The notes beneath the pieces were generated by a model. The model worked only from the letters and a program-made list of their open reading frames with translations, had not been told where the DNA came from and searched no databases. A DNA stretch of 64,000 nucleotides from Isurus oxyrinchus (Eukaryota): contig JANJGN010000088.1 in NCBI GenBank assembly GCA_026770705.1, positions 682,001 through 746,000 of the forward strand, written 5' to 3'. Position 1 is the first letter of the stretch. The number at the start of each line of letters is the position of its first letter. The position numbers and the translations under genes are program-made. Positions 9,756-21,483 of this stretch are shown here, in pieces.

Positions 9756-10609
9756 ATGGAATCCCCCTAGTAGGGCCATTGGGAAGAAAATTCCAGGATC
9801 AGGTATTGGAGGGATACATCCCAGGAACAGATATCTTAAAATAATCACAGCCCCATGCATGAGGGAATACCTTTCCCCCATATGGTCATGGGTGGAGAAC
9901 ATCCCTGGACCTGATATTGAGGGAAATTGCCAGCCCCATGTATGAGGAAATTCCCCCAGATAGTCAATGGGGAAATACAGCTCAAGACCAGATACTGGAT
10001 GAATAAACCCAAGGGCTAGAAACGAGTCACAGATACACCCTAAGGCCAAATACTGGCGAGGGGGGGGGCATCACCAGACCACAAAGAGTGTGCAAATAGC
10101 CCACCTGTATGTCATAGGGGGAATATCCTCCAGCAAACTGATATTATGAGACTGAACCACAGTGGGGACAGATATTAGAGAATGCAACCCAGGTCTAGAT
10201 AATGGGAAATGTTCAGAAAAAGGCATGAACTAATTACCCGCCAAGCTTGTTCACTGGGTGTGGCCGGGGGGGTTGGGGGGGGGTGGTGTTGGGGGGGAGG
10301 CTCCAGAAACAGGTAAGGTGGAGGAAGGGATCCCAGATCCATGAGCAAGGAAATCCCACAAGTACAAAGAAGTGGGGAGTGCACCCAAGAGCCATAGGTT
10401 GTCGGGAAGGTTGGGAATTCTCAGTTCTGTGAATGAGGCAAATGTCTTTTTGGGGAAATGCACCTCGATACTAGGGGGAGATTTTCAGTACCCTGTAAAA
10501 GAGATTCCTCAGGACAAAGAGTGTGGGCTCGTACCTGTGGAAAGTATATAGGGGAAGATTCTCAGTCACAGCTATGAGGGAATCTGCCCAGTACAAACAG
10601 TTGTCTTCC

Positions 10610-10785
10610 ACCTAAGGACCCCACCTCCACCCCCACCACTACCTTAAACCAGCTTATATTTCACCCCTTCCTGGGATTCACCTAGTTCTGTCGAAGGGTC
10701 ATGAGGACTCCAAACGTCAACTTTTTTCTACTCCGCCGATGCTGCCAGACCTGCTGAGTTATTCCAGGTAATTCTGTTTTTGTAT
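10610..10785 (+). mobile_element. Penelope-like terminal fragment with a degenerate hammerhead
   Basis: AGTT-CTGTCGA-A-GGGTC..GACTC-CAAAC-GTC-AACT (10684-10722) followed by gatgctgccagacctgctgag, as at the end of the PLE at ~32940. Confidence 0.75.
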
Positions 10786-11206
10786 TGAGGGAGATTCCTA
10801 GTTACTTCTATGAGGGAATCCCTCATACAATCATAGGGAGAGCACACAACCATCCATTGGGGTTGCAACATAGTCACAGTGCAGTCACTGAGGGAAATAC
10901 ATCCTATGGCCAGAATTAGGGGAGGTGCTAAGTCACAGAAATTGCAGGAATACTCAGTCGGTATCGTCATAGGGGGAATACACCCCATGGACAGACATTG
11001 GGGGAATATACCCAGGAAACTATAATGGGAGAATTACACACCAGGTGCAGAGAAGGTGGGAGGGTCCCAGTCCCATATGGGAGCGAATTTTCGCTAAAGC
11101 ACATTTGTAGGTGGGATCGACTCCAGGAACAGGAGTGTGCTGCTTTCCAGTCCCATATATGAGGGAGTCTCCTCCAGTACAAAGAATGGGAAAGTGCATC
11201 CAACGA

Positions 11207-14200
11207 CATAAGAATATAAGAACTAGGAGCAGGAGTAGGCAATTCAACCCCTCGAGCCTGCCCCACCATTCAACACAATCATGGCTGATCTAATTTTGGC
11301 CTCAACTCCAATTTCCCCCCCTCTCCCCATAACCTTTCAACCCGGAACTAATTAAAAATCTGTCTATCTCCTCCTTAAATTTATTCAGTGGCCCGCATCC
11401 ACTGCACTCTGAGGTAGTGAATTCCACAGATTCATCACCCTTTGAGAAAAGTAATTCCTCCTCATCTCTGATTTAAATCTACTGCCCCTTAGCCTAAAAC
11501 TATGGCCTCTCGTTCTAGAATGCCCCACAAGGGGAAACATCTGCTCCACCTCTACTTTGTGTCTATCCCCTTTAGCATCTTATATACCTCAATTAGATCT
11601 CCTCTTATCCTTCTAAATTTTACCGAGTATAGGCCTAAACTGCTCAATCTCTCCTCATAAGATAAGCCCCGCATCTCTGGAATCAATCTAGTGAACCTCC
11701 TCTGAACCGTCTCCAATGCAACTACATCCTTCCTCAAGCAAAGGGCCCAAAACTGTGCACAGTGCTCCAGGTGCAGTCTCACCAATGCTTTACACAGTTG
11801 CAACAACACTTCTCTATTTTTATACTCTATTCCTTTAGCAATAAATGCCACAACTCCATCTGCCTTCCTTATTACCTGCTGTACCTGCATACTAGCTTTC
11901 GGCAATTCATGCACCAGGACACCCAGATCCCTCTGTACTGAATCATTCTGAAGTTTCTCTCCTCTTAAATATTAAGTCACCTTTTTATTCTTCCAACCAA
12001 AATGAATAACTCCATCTGCCAAATTTTGGCCCATTCACCTAAACTGCCCATATCCATTTGCAAGTTTCTTATTTCTTCATTGCAACTTACTTTCCCACCT
12101 ACTTTGGTGTCATCTCCAAATTTAGCTATAGTACCTTCTATCCCTGAATCTAAGTCATTATTATAGATTGTAAATAGTTGGGGCCCAAGGACCGAACCCT
12201 GCGGCACCCCACTAGTTACAGCTTGCCATCCAGAAAAAGACTCATTTATCCCGACTCTCTGCTTTCTGCTGGTTAGCCAGTCTTCTATCCAAGCTAATAT
12301 ATTACCCCTAACTCCCGTTTGATCTTACCTTGCATGTTAATTTTTTGTGCGGCACCTTATCAAAGGCCTACTGGAAGTCCAGGTATGTTACATCTATAGG
12401 ATCCCCATTATCCACTTTGCTTGTCACATCTTCAAAGAACTCTAGCAAATTAGTCAAACACAATTTACTCTTCATAAATCCATGCTGACTCTGATGGATT
12501 GCATTTTGACATTCCAAATGCCCCATTACTACTTCCTTAATAATGGATTCCAACAATTTCCCAACGGCAGACGTTAAACTAACTGGTCTAGAGTTTCCTA
12601 CTTTCTGCCTCCCCTGCTTTTTGAGTAAGGGCATTATATTGGATTTTTCCAACCCACTGGAACCTTTCCAGAATCCAGGCAACTTTGAAATACTATAGCC
12701 AGTGCATCCACTATCTCTGCTGCCACTTTCTTTAAGACCCTGGGATGTTGGCCATCAGCTCCTGGGGACTTCTCAACCTTTAATTCCAATAGTTTTCTCA
12801 GTATTTTTTCTCTAGTGATGGTGATTGTTCTCAGTTCCTCCTTCTCTATACCCTCTGCACTACCTGTTACTATTAGGGTGGTACTAGTGTACTCCACCGT
12901 GAAAACTGAGGCAAAATATTGATTCAGCGTCTCTGCCCTTTCTGCATTCCCCACTAGTAACTCCCCAGTCTCATCCTCCAAGGGACCAACATTCACTTTC
13001 ACTACTCTCTTTTCTTTTACATGCTTGTAGAAGCTTTTGCTGTCAGTTTTTACATTTTGCGCTGGTTTTCGTTCATAATTTACCTTTGCTCTTTTTATTA
13101 TTTTTTTAGTAACCCTTTGCTGATCTTTAAAAGTTTCCCAATCTTCCTGCCTGCCACTGATTTTGAAAGTTGGTATGCCTTAGTTTTTAGCTTTATGTTA
13201 TCTTTATCTTCCTTGCTTAGCCATGGATGCTTTTTCCTCCTCTTACCATCTTTATTGCTCTTTGGAATATATTTTACTTGGGAGGAATTGAATATCTCTT
13301 TAAATATCTGTCACTGTTCATCAACTGTCCTACCTTGCAGTCTTCCTGCCCAGTCCACTAGGGCCAAATCTGCCCTCATGCCTATGCATAACCTTTGTTT
13401 AACCCCAGAACACGAGTGTGGGACTCACATTCCTCACTCTCAAAATGAACTTGAAATTCCAGCATGCTATGATCACTCTTCCCTAGAGGATCCTTTACTA
13501 TGTGATCATTAATTAATCCCATCTTATAACACAAAACCAAATCCAGAATAGCCTGCTCCCTGGTCGGTTCTATATTGTTCCAAGTAACAAACTCTAATAC
13601 ACTCTATGAACTCTCCCTCGAGGCTACCCTTGCCAATTTGATTAGTCCAGTCTATATGCACATTAAAGTTACCCATGATTATTGCCTTGACTTTCTTACA
13701 TGCTCCCTGTATTTCCTGGTTTATACAGTGCCCTACTGCTGAATTACTGTTTGGGGACCTATAGATAACTCCCACCAGGGACTTCGTTCCCTTGCTATTT
13801 CTTATTTCTATCCAAACTGATTCTACGTCTTACTCTTCAGTGCCTATTTCATTCCTCACGATAGCACTGATCTCTTCCTTTCCTAACAAAGCTACACCAC
13901 CTCCAATTCCTTCCAGCCAATCCTTCCAAAACATTGAGTACCCTTGGATATTCAACTCCCAAACCTGTTCTCCCTGTAACCACGTCTCAGTAATCGCCAC
14001 CTAATCATACCTAGTTATCTCTAATTGCACTGTTAACTCATTAGTTTTATTCCGAATGCTACACGCATTCAGATACAAAGCCTTTAAAATTGCCCAATTG
14101 TCAACTTTCCCTACTCTTATATAATTCTTCAGTGCAATATGGTGTTCACACACTCTGTCCCTACCTTTCACTTTGTGGTAATAATCAGCCTCGTCACTAA

Positions 14201-14270
14201 CCTGCACCCTTACCCTCTCCTTAAACTTTGATTTTTTTATATTTCCATGCAACTGAACCCTCCCCCCCAA
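11207..14270 (-). mobile_element. CR1 LINE, ORF2 (APE plus RT) nearly complete but disrupted
   Basis: ORF pieces LKALYLNACSIRNK, GVIYRSPNS, SQHGFMK..CLTNLLEFFE, PQGSVLGPQLF..KFGDDTK, LVRLHLEHCAQFW. Confidence 0.95.
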
Positions 14271-14314
14271 TATTTCGTACCATTGTAGGGACAGGCAATG
14301 ACCTTTGCCAACAG

Positions 14315-15790
14315 AGAGAATCACCACCAGAATTCAGTTCTTTTGTCCATGTTTGGGCCAAGGCTGTAATGAGGCTAGGAGATGTGTGGCCCTGGCAGAA
14401 CCCAAACTGAGTGTCATCGAGCAGGTTAATGCTGAGTAAAGTAGACTGATGGTGCGGCAACTGGCCAACTGGATTTGTTCTGCTTTTTGGACAGAGTATA
14501 CCTGGGCAATTTTGCATATTTCTGGGTGGATGCCAGTGTTGTAGATGTACTGGAATAGCTTGGCTAAGGATGCAGCTAGTTCTGGAACACAGGTCTTCAG
14601 TATTATTGCTGGATATTGTCAGGGCCCACAACTTTTGCAGTATCATATGCCTCCTGCCTTTAGTTGATGACACATGGAGTGAATTGAATCGGCTAAAGAC
14701 TGCCATCTGTGATGCTGGAGGCCTCAGGAAGAGGCCGAGATGGATCATCCACTCCGCACTTATGGCTGAAGATTGGAGCAAGTCCTTCAGCCTTATCTTT
14801 TGTACTGAGGTGCTGGAGTCCCCCATCATTGAGGAGGGGATATTTGTGGAGCCTCCTCCTCCTGTTAGTTGTTTAGTTATCCACCACCATTCATGACTGG
14901 ATGTGGCAGGACTGCAGAGCTTAGATCTGATCCTTTGGTTGTGGGATTGCTTAGCCCTGTCTGCCACTTGCTGTTTAGCTGTTTGGTATGCACCTCGTCC
15001 TGATTTGTAACTTCACCAGGTTGTCACCTCATTTTTAGTTATGCCCGGTGCTGCTCCTGGTATGCACTCCTGAACTCTTCATTGAACCAGGGTCGATTCC
15101 CCAACTTGATGGTAATGGTCGAGTGGGGATATGCTGGACCAGGAGGTTACAGATTGTGGTTCTGAGCAGTTCTGCTGCTGCTGATGGTCCACAGTACCTT
15201 ATGGATGCCCAGTTTTAAGATGCTAGATCTGTTTGAAATCTATTCCCCTTTAGCCTGGTAGTGGTGCCACACAACATAGGATGGAAAGTATCCTGAATGT
15301 GAAGATGGGGCTTCTCCACAACAGTCACTCTGTGCGGCAGTCACTCTGACCAATACTGTCATGAATAGATGTACCTGTGACAGGTAGATTGGTTAGAATT
15401 AGGTCAAGTAGGTTTTTCCCTCTTGTTGCTTCCTTCACTGTCTGACACAGGCCCAGTCTAGCAGCTATGTCATTTAGGACTCGGTCTGCTTGATCAGTCG
15501 TGGTGCTATCTAATCATTCTTGGTGGTGGACATTGAAGTCCCCCAACCAGTGTACATTCTGTGCCCACTCCACTCTCAGTGCTTCTTCCAAGTGGTGTTC
15601 AACATGGAGAAATACTGATTCATCAGCTGAGGTGGGGTAGGGGGGAGCGGGTGCAGTATGTGGTGATCAGCAGGTTTCCTTGCCAATCTTTGACCTGATG
15701 CCATGAGACTTCTTGGGGTCTAGCGTTGAAGTTGAGGACTCCCTGGCCAACTCCCTCCCCACTGAATACCACTGTTCCGCCAGCTCTAGT
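14315..15790 (-). mobile_element. LINE of the tRNA-headed family, internal fragment
   Basis: RAKQSHNQRIRSKLCSPATSSHEWWW and QFGFCQGH; homologous to 61000-63135. Confidence 0.85.
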
Positions 15791-15849
15791 CTATTCACAC
15801 AATTAACCTTAACCAAGTCTCTGCTCATACCTATGTAACTTGTTTTGTT

Positions 15850-17840
15850 TAAGTTTAAGATTTTTGTTTGTGATTGGAAAATGTCACTTTCAAACTGAAC
15901 ATAGAGTTGAGTGTGTTATGGTCACTATTTCCCAATGGGCCTTTGTCGAGGTCATTACTAATTAACCCTGCTTCATTACACAATACTAGATTCACGATAG
16001 CTTTACCCCTAGTTGGTTCCACTATGTAATACTCCAAGGGACTGTCACGAAAGCATTCTACAAACTCATCTTCTGGACCATTCTTGCCCAATTGATTCTC
16101 CGAGTCTATATGAAGCTTCAAGTCCCCCACAATTATGACATTTCCTTTGATATAGGCGCCAGTAATTCCTTGTTTAATGCTCTGCCCAATGGTATAACTG
16201 CTGTTAGCTTGCCTATAAACTACTGCCAATGGTGTTTTCTGATTCTTGCAATTCTTAATTTCTACCCATACTGATTCAACTTCATGACCTTCAGGGGCCA
16301 GATCCTTTCTCATTTATGTCCTTATGTCATTCTTTGCTGTAAGGGTTACCCCACCTCCTTTTCAACTGTGTCCATCTTTCCGAAATATTTAATTCCCAAC
16401 CTTGATCACCTGCAACCATGGGCAGCATTATCTGTTCAGCATGCTGAGGTGGGCCCTGCATGCTGACCTGTAAAATGATGCACGGTGATGTCGGGAGTGT
16501 GTCCCGACATCACTGTTCATCCTTCCGATCTTGCGTTCGGTGGGCACGCACCGGAGCCAGCTGCGCACGTGCCGAACTGTCAAAGGCCTATTAAGGTCAT
16601 TAATTAACCACTTAACCAATTTGACAGGGCTGCCCGTCAAGCCATAAGGTTGCTGGGCAGGTGAAGAGCCCAGCCAGCCTTCGCGTTTTTCATGAAACCT
16701 CATCCACGGGCAGGATGAGATTTAATGAAGGGTTTATGAAAATAATAAATATTTTTAAAACATTTCATAAACATGTCCCAGCTCATGTGACCCTGCCACA
16801 TGAGGGGACAAGTGTAAATGATTTTTAACCTTCTTTATGTTAAACTTTGAGGCTGAACTTAATCTCCCTGAGGCAGCTCTGTGCCTCAGGGAGATTTTGG
16901 CGCACTTTCGCGCGCATGCATGAAAGAGCGCGGGCCCTGACTCTCCCTCCTCCCCTCGCCCGCACAAGTAGTGCTGAGCGCTACTGGTGTGCATAACGCT
17001 GGGCGGGCCTTAATTGGCCTGCCCACGTAAAATGGCTGTGCGCAGCCAATCACGGGCACCCACTCCCGACTGGCCCACCCGACAGGGAGAAAATTCTCCC
17101 CACCTTTCTGTAATGGAAATTAGATCTAAATCATTTACCCCCATTTGTGCCACTAATTCATCTACCATGTTGCAGGTGCTTTGTGCATTCATATGAAGAA
17201 ACTCTAATTTCATTTTGTTACTTTTATTCCTTACAATGACCTTATTTGCTAGTGAACATTTTTTGGTTAAAATCTTTGTCCTTCCTGTCCCACTCTGAAT
17301 GTCTTTACCCACATCACTATACTGTTGTCTTTCTCTTTGGGTTTCTAAATCCCCCTTCATCTGACCCCTCCCACCCCTGTCCACAGTCCAAGTTCTACGA
17401 TTGGCCAGTTCACTGGTCCCAGCCCAACTCTAGTCAAGCCCATCCCAATGGAGTCGCTCACTCTTCCCAGAGTACTGCTCCCAGTGCCCCATGAATCAAA
17501 ATCCCTTCTTCCCACACCACTCTTTCAGCCAAGAGTTTAATTCTCTAATCTGTTTAACTCAAGGACAATTGGCATGTGGCTCAGGTAACAATCCAGAAAT
17601 GATTACCTTTCATGCTCTGCATTTTAGGTTGGACTCTAACTCCTCAAATTCTCTGAGCAGAATATCATTCTTGGTTCGACCTATGTCATTGGTTCCCACA
17701 GGGTCCATGACAATTGGATGCTCCCCCACTGGCTCCAAGTTCCTCTCCAGACACAAGGTGATGTCCTTAACTCTGGCACTGGGTAGGCAACAACTCCAGA
17801 GCTTCCTGTCACGGCTGCAGAGAACAGTAACTATCTCCAG
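15850..17840 (-). mobile_element. CR1 LINE 5' part (ORF1 esterase plus APE), split by a MITE
   Basis: CLPSARVKDI..VGTNDIG, LEFLHMNAQS, VESVWVEIKN..VYR..GDL. Confidence 0.9.
16420..17100. mobile_element. Non-autonomous DNA transposon (MITE-like, possibly PIF/Harbinger)
   Basis: Imperfect terminal inverted repeats GGGCAGCATTATC / GAAAATTCTCCC and a central dyad. It interrupts the CR1 APE. An inverted paralogue lies at 39225-39789. Confidence 0.65.
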
Positions 17841-18395
17841 TGAGTAGCTTATCTCCCCAAAGCCTGTCCACCATCTACAAGGCACAAGGCAGGAATGTGA
17901 TTGAATACTCTCCATTTGCCAGGACAAGTGCAGCTCCAAAAACACTCAAGAAGCAGCACAAAGGAGTCTGCTTCATTGGCATCCCATCCCCCACCTTCGC
18001 ATTCACTGTCTCCACCACGAACACACAGTGGCAGGAGAGTGTGCTATGCACAAGATGCACTTTGCAACTCATCTTGGCTCCTTCGACAAACCCCATGACC
18101 TCTACTACCTAGAAGGACAAGGGCACAGATGCATGGGCACACCATCACCTGCACGTTCCCCTCCAAGCCGCACCCCATCCTGACTTGGAACTACATCACC
18201 GTTCCTGTACTGTCGCTGGCTCAAAATCCTGGAACTCCCTTCCTAACAGCACTGTGGGTGTAACCTACACCACATCGACTGCAGCGGTTCGAAAAGGTAG
18301 CTCACCACCACCTTCTCAAGGGGAATTTAGGGATGGCCAATAAAATGCTGGCCTAGCCAGCGATGCCCACATCCCGTGAATGAATAAATAAGAAA
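17840..18395 (+). mobile_element. 3' end of tRNA-headed-family LINE
   Basis: PQSLSTIYKAQ..EYSP, with tail agggatggccaataaaatgctggcc..gaataaataa. Confidence 0.85.
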
Positions 18396-18784
18396 AAAAT
18401 CTTCCCAAGACAAATAGGTGGAAAATACTCCTCAGGAATAGATATTGGGGGTGCGGTGGTGGAATTTCCCATCCCATGTATGAGGAAATTCTCACCATCC
18501 AAACTTTGGGGGGAATACACCAAGGATCTAAGATTGGGGAAATATTACATCAAGGCAGCATTTTACTGAGGTGGCATCAAGCAGTCCAAGCAAAATTGAC
18601 ATCAATAAGAATTAGGGGGAAGACTCTCCATTAGTTGGAGATGGTTGTGGTTGTTGGAGGTGAGTCCAGTCCAGTGCATGTGGGAATCGCCCAACTAGTG
18701 TCAATCGGGGAATATTCTCAAGGATGAGATATTTGAGGAATAAATCTGAGAACCAGATACTGGAACAGATTCCCAGTCCTATTT

Positions 18785-19170
18785 ATGAAATCACAGAATG
18801 GTTACAGAACAGAAGAGTCCATTCGGCCATCTGTGTCAATGCTGGCTCTTTGCAAGGGCAATTCACACAGTGTCACTCCCCTGCCATTTGCCCACAGCTA
18901 TGTAAGTTTTCCCACTTCACATAATTATCTGATTTGCTTTGAAAAGTCACAACTGAATCTGCCTCCACCACATTCTCAGGCAGTGCACTCTAGATCCTAA
19001 CCGCTTGCTACTTTAAAAAGTTTGCCATCATTTTGCCATTGCTTCTTTTGTCAATACCTTAAAATGATGTCCTCTGGTTCTTGACCCTTCCACCAACAGG
19101 AACAGTTTCTCTCTAGCTGCTCCGTTCAGACTTCTCATGATTTTGAATACCTCCATCAAATCTCCTCACA
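18785..19170 (-). mobile_element. CR1 3' fragment
   Basis: atcacagaatggttacagaacagaagagtccattcggcc tail. Confidence 0.75.
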
Positions 19171-19222
19171 ATCTTCTCAGATATTGCAGGAATTCTCAGG
19201 CCCCTTGCTGAGTGAATATATG

Positions 19223-21483
19223 AGTGGCATTGTGGTAATATCACCAAGTTTATAATCCAAAGACACAGACTGATGTTCTGGGGGCGCATGTCCAATCTCA
19301 CCATGACAGCTGGTAAAAATTAATGTCAATGAAATCATAAACTTCATCTAAATTAATTAAAAATCTGGAATTGAAAGCTCATCTCTGTAAAAGTGACTAT
19401 TAAAACTATCATCGATTGTTATAAAAACACATCTGGTTCATTAATGCCATTTGGGAAGAAAATCTGCCTCTTACCATCTGGCCGACATGTGAGTCCAGAT
19501 CCACAGCAATGTGGTTGACTCTTAACTGCCCTCTGCAATGACCTAGCAAGCCACTCAGTTGCACCAAACTTCCACAGAAAAGTCAAAAAGGAATACAACC
19601 AGACAAGCACCTGGCATTGAGTTCAGCACAGAAATGGCTCGGCACAATGGCACACCCAGCCATGTCAACTTTGTAAAGTCCTTATTACTAACATCTGGGA
19701 GCTTGTGCCAAAATAATGAGAGCTCTCCCACAGATTAGTCACACAACCGCTTGATACAGTCATACCCACTGAATCATACCTTACAGCCAATGTCCCAAAC
19801 ACCACCATCTTCATCCCCGGGTTTGTCCTGTCCCACCAGAGCCCGCAGAAATGGCACCACAGTGGTACACTGTTAGGAGAGAGTCGCCCTGGAAGCCGTC
19901 AAAATTCCATGGCATCAGGTCAAACATGGATAAGGAAAGCACCTAGTGACTGTCACCTACCTTTCCCCCTCAGCTGATGAATCAGTACTCCTCCATGTTG
20001 AACATGACTTGGAAGAAACACTGAGGCAAGAGCAGAAAATGTACTCTGGTTGGGGGCTTCACCGAGAGTGGCACGGTAGCACCAGAACTGACCAAGCTGG
20101 ACGAGTCCTAAAGGACATTTCTGCTGGATTGGGTCTGCAGCAGTTGGTGAGGACATTGAAGTGCACAAATAAAGAAGTCTTGCTACAATTGTACAGGGTT
20201 TTGGTCAGATTTCATCTTGAATACTCTGTGCAGTTTTGGTCTCCACATTTAAGAAAGGATATACTTGCACTGGAGGCGATACAGTGAAGGTTCATTTGAT
20301 TAGATGAGGGGGTTAACCTATGATGAGAGGTTGAGTAAAATGGGCTTATATTCTCTGGAGTTGAGAAGAATGAGAGCCAGCCTCATTGAAAACTACAACA
20401 TTCTGAAGGGGCTTGATAGAGTAGACGCTGAGAGATTGTTTCTGTGGTTGGAGAGTCTAAAACTCAGGGGCACAGTCTCAGGATAAGGGGCCCATCATTT
20501 AGGAGGGAGATGAGGGGAAATTAATTCACTTAAAGGCTTGAGAATGTTTGGAGTTTGCTCCCTCAGAGGTTTGCGGATGTTCCATCATTCACTATATTTA
20601 AGGGTGGGTTAGAGAGATTTTTAATCTCCCAGAGAATGAAGGGATATGGAGAGCAGGCAGCATGATGGAGTTGAAGCCCAAGATCAGTCATGATCATATT
20701 GGATGACAGAGCAGACTCAAAGGGTCATATTGCCTATTCCTGCTCTTACTTCTTCTGTTCTTGTGTCAAGTTGACTCGATCAGGTCCTAACCAAACTACT
20801 GTCACAGATGCACCTGCCCATGACAGCATAGGTAAGAGTGACCACCACACAGTCCTTGTGAAGACCAAGTCCTGTCTTCACATTGAAGATATCCTGCACT
20901 GTGTTGTGTGGATCTACCACCGTGTTAATTAGGATAGATTCAGGACAGATCTCGCAGCTAAAACCTGGGCATATATGAGATGCTGTGGACCAACAGCAGC
21001 AGCAGAATTCTATTCAACCTTATGGCCCAGTGTTACACTCTACCAATACTGTCAAACCAAACGATCCACCCTGGTTCAATGAAGAGCGCAGGAGAGCATG
21101 CCAGGAGCGGCAGGCATAAAATGAGGTATTAACCTGGTGATGATGCAACACAGGACTACTTGCATGTCAAACAATGGAAGCAGCATGCGACAGACAGAGC
21201 CAAGAGATCCGACAACCAACAGATTAGATTAAGCCTCTGCAGTCTTGCCACATCCAGTTGTAATTAGTGATGGACAATTAAACAACTATCAGGAGGAGGG
21301 GGCTCCACTAATTCCTCAATGCTAAATGATGAGGGAAACCAGCACATCAGTGCAAAAGAAATGGCTGAAGCACCAGAAGTGCCAAGTGGATGACCCACCT
21401 TGGCATGCATCTGAGAGCATCAGCAACATAAACACCAATATTCAGCAAATTCAATTCAACTGCACGTGATATCAAGACATGGC
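19223..21483 (+). mobile_element. tRNA-headed LINE, 5' half, with a CR1 3' fragment nested at ~20150-20765
   Basis: The SINE-like head runs directly into APE coding (LLTNIWELVPK; SADESVLLHVEH). The nested piece encodes LYRVLVRFHLEYSVQFW. Confidence 0.85.
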
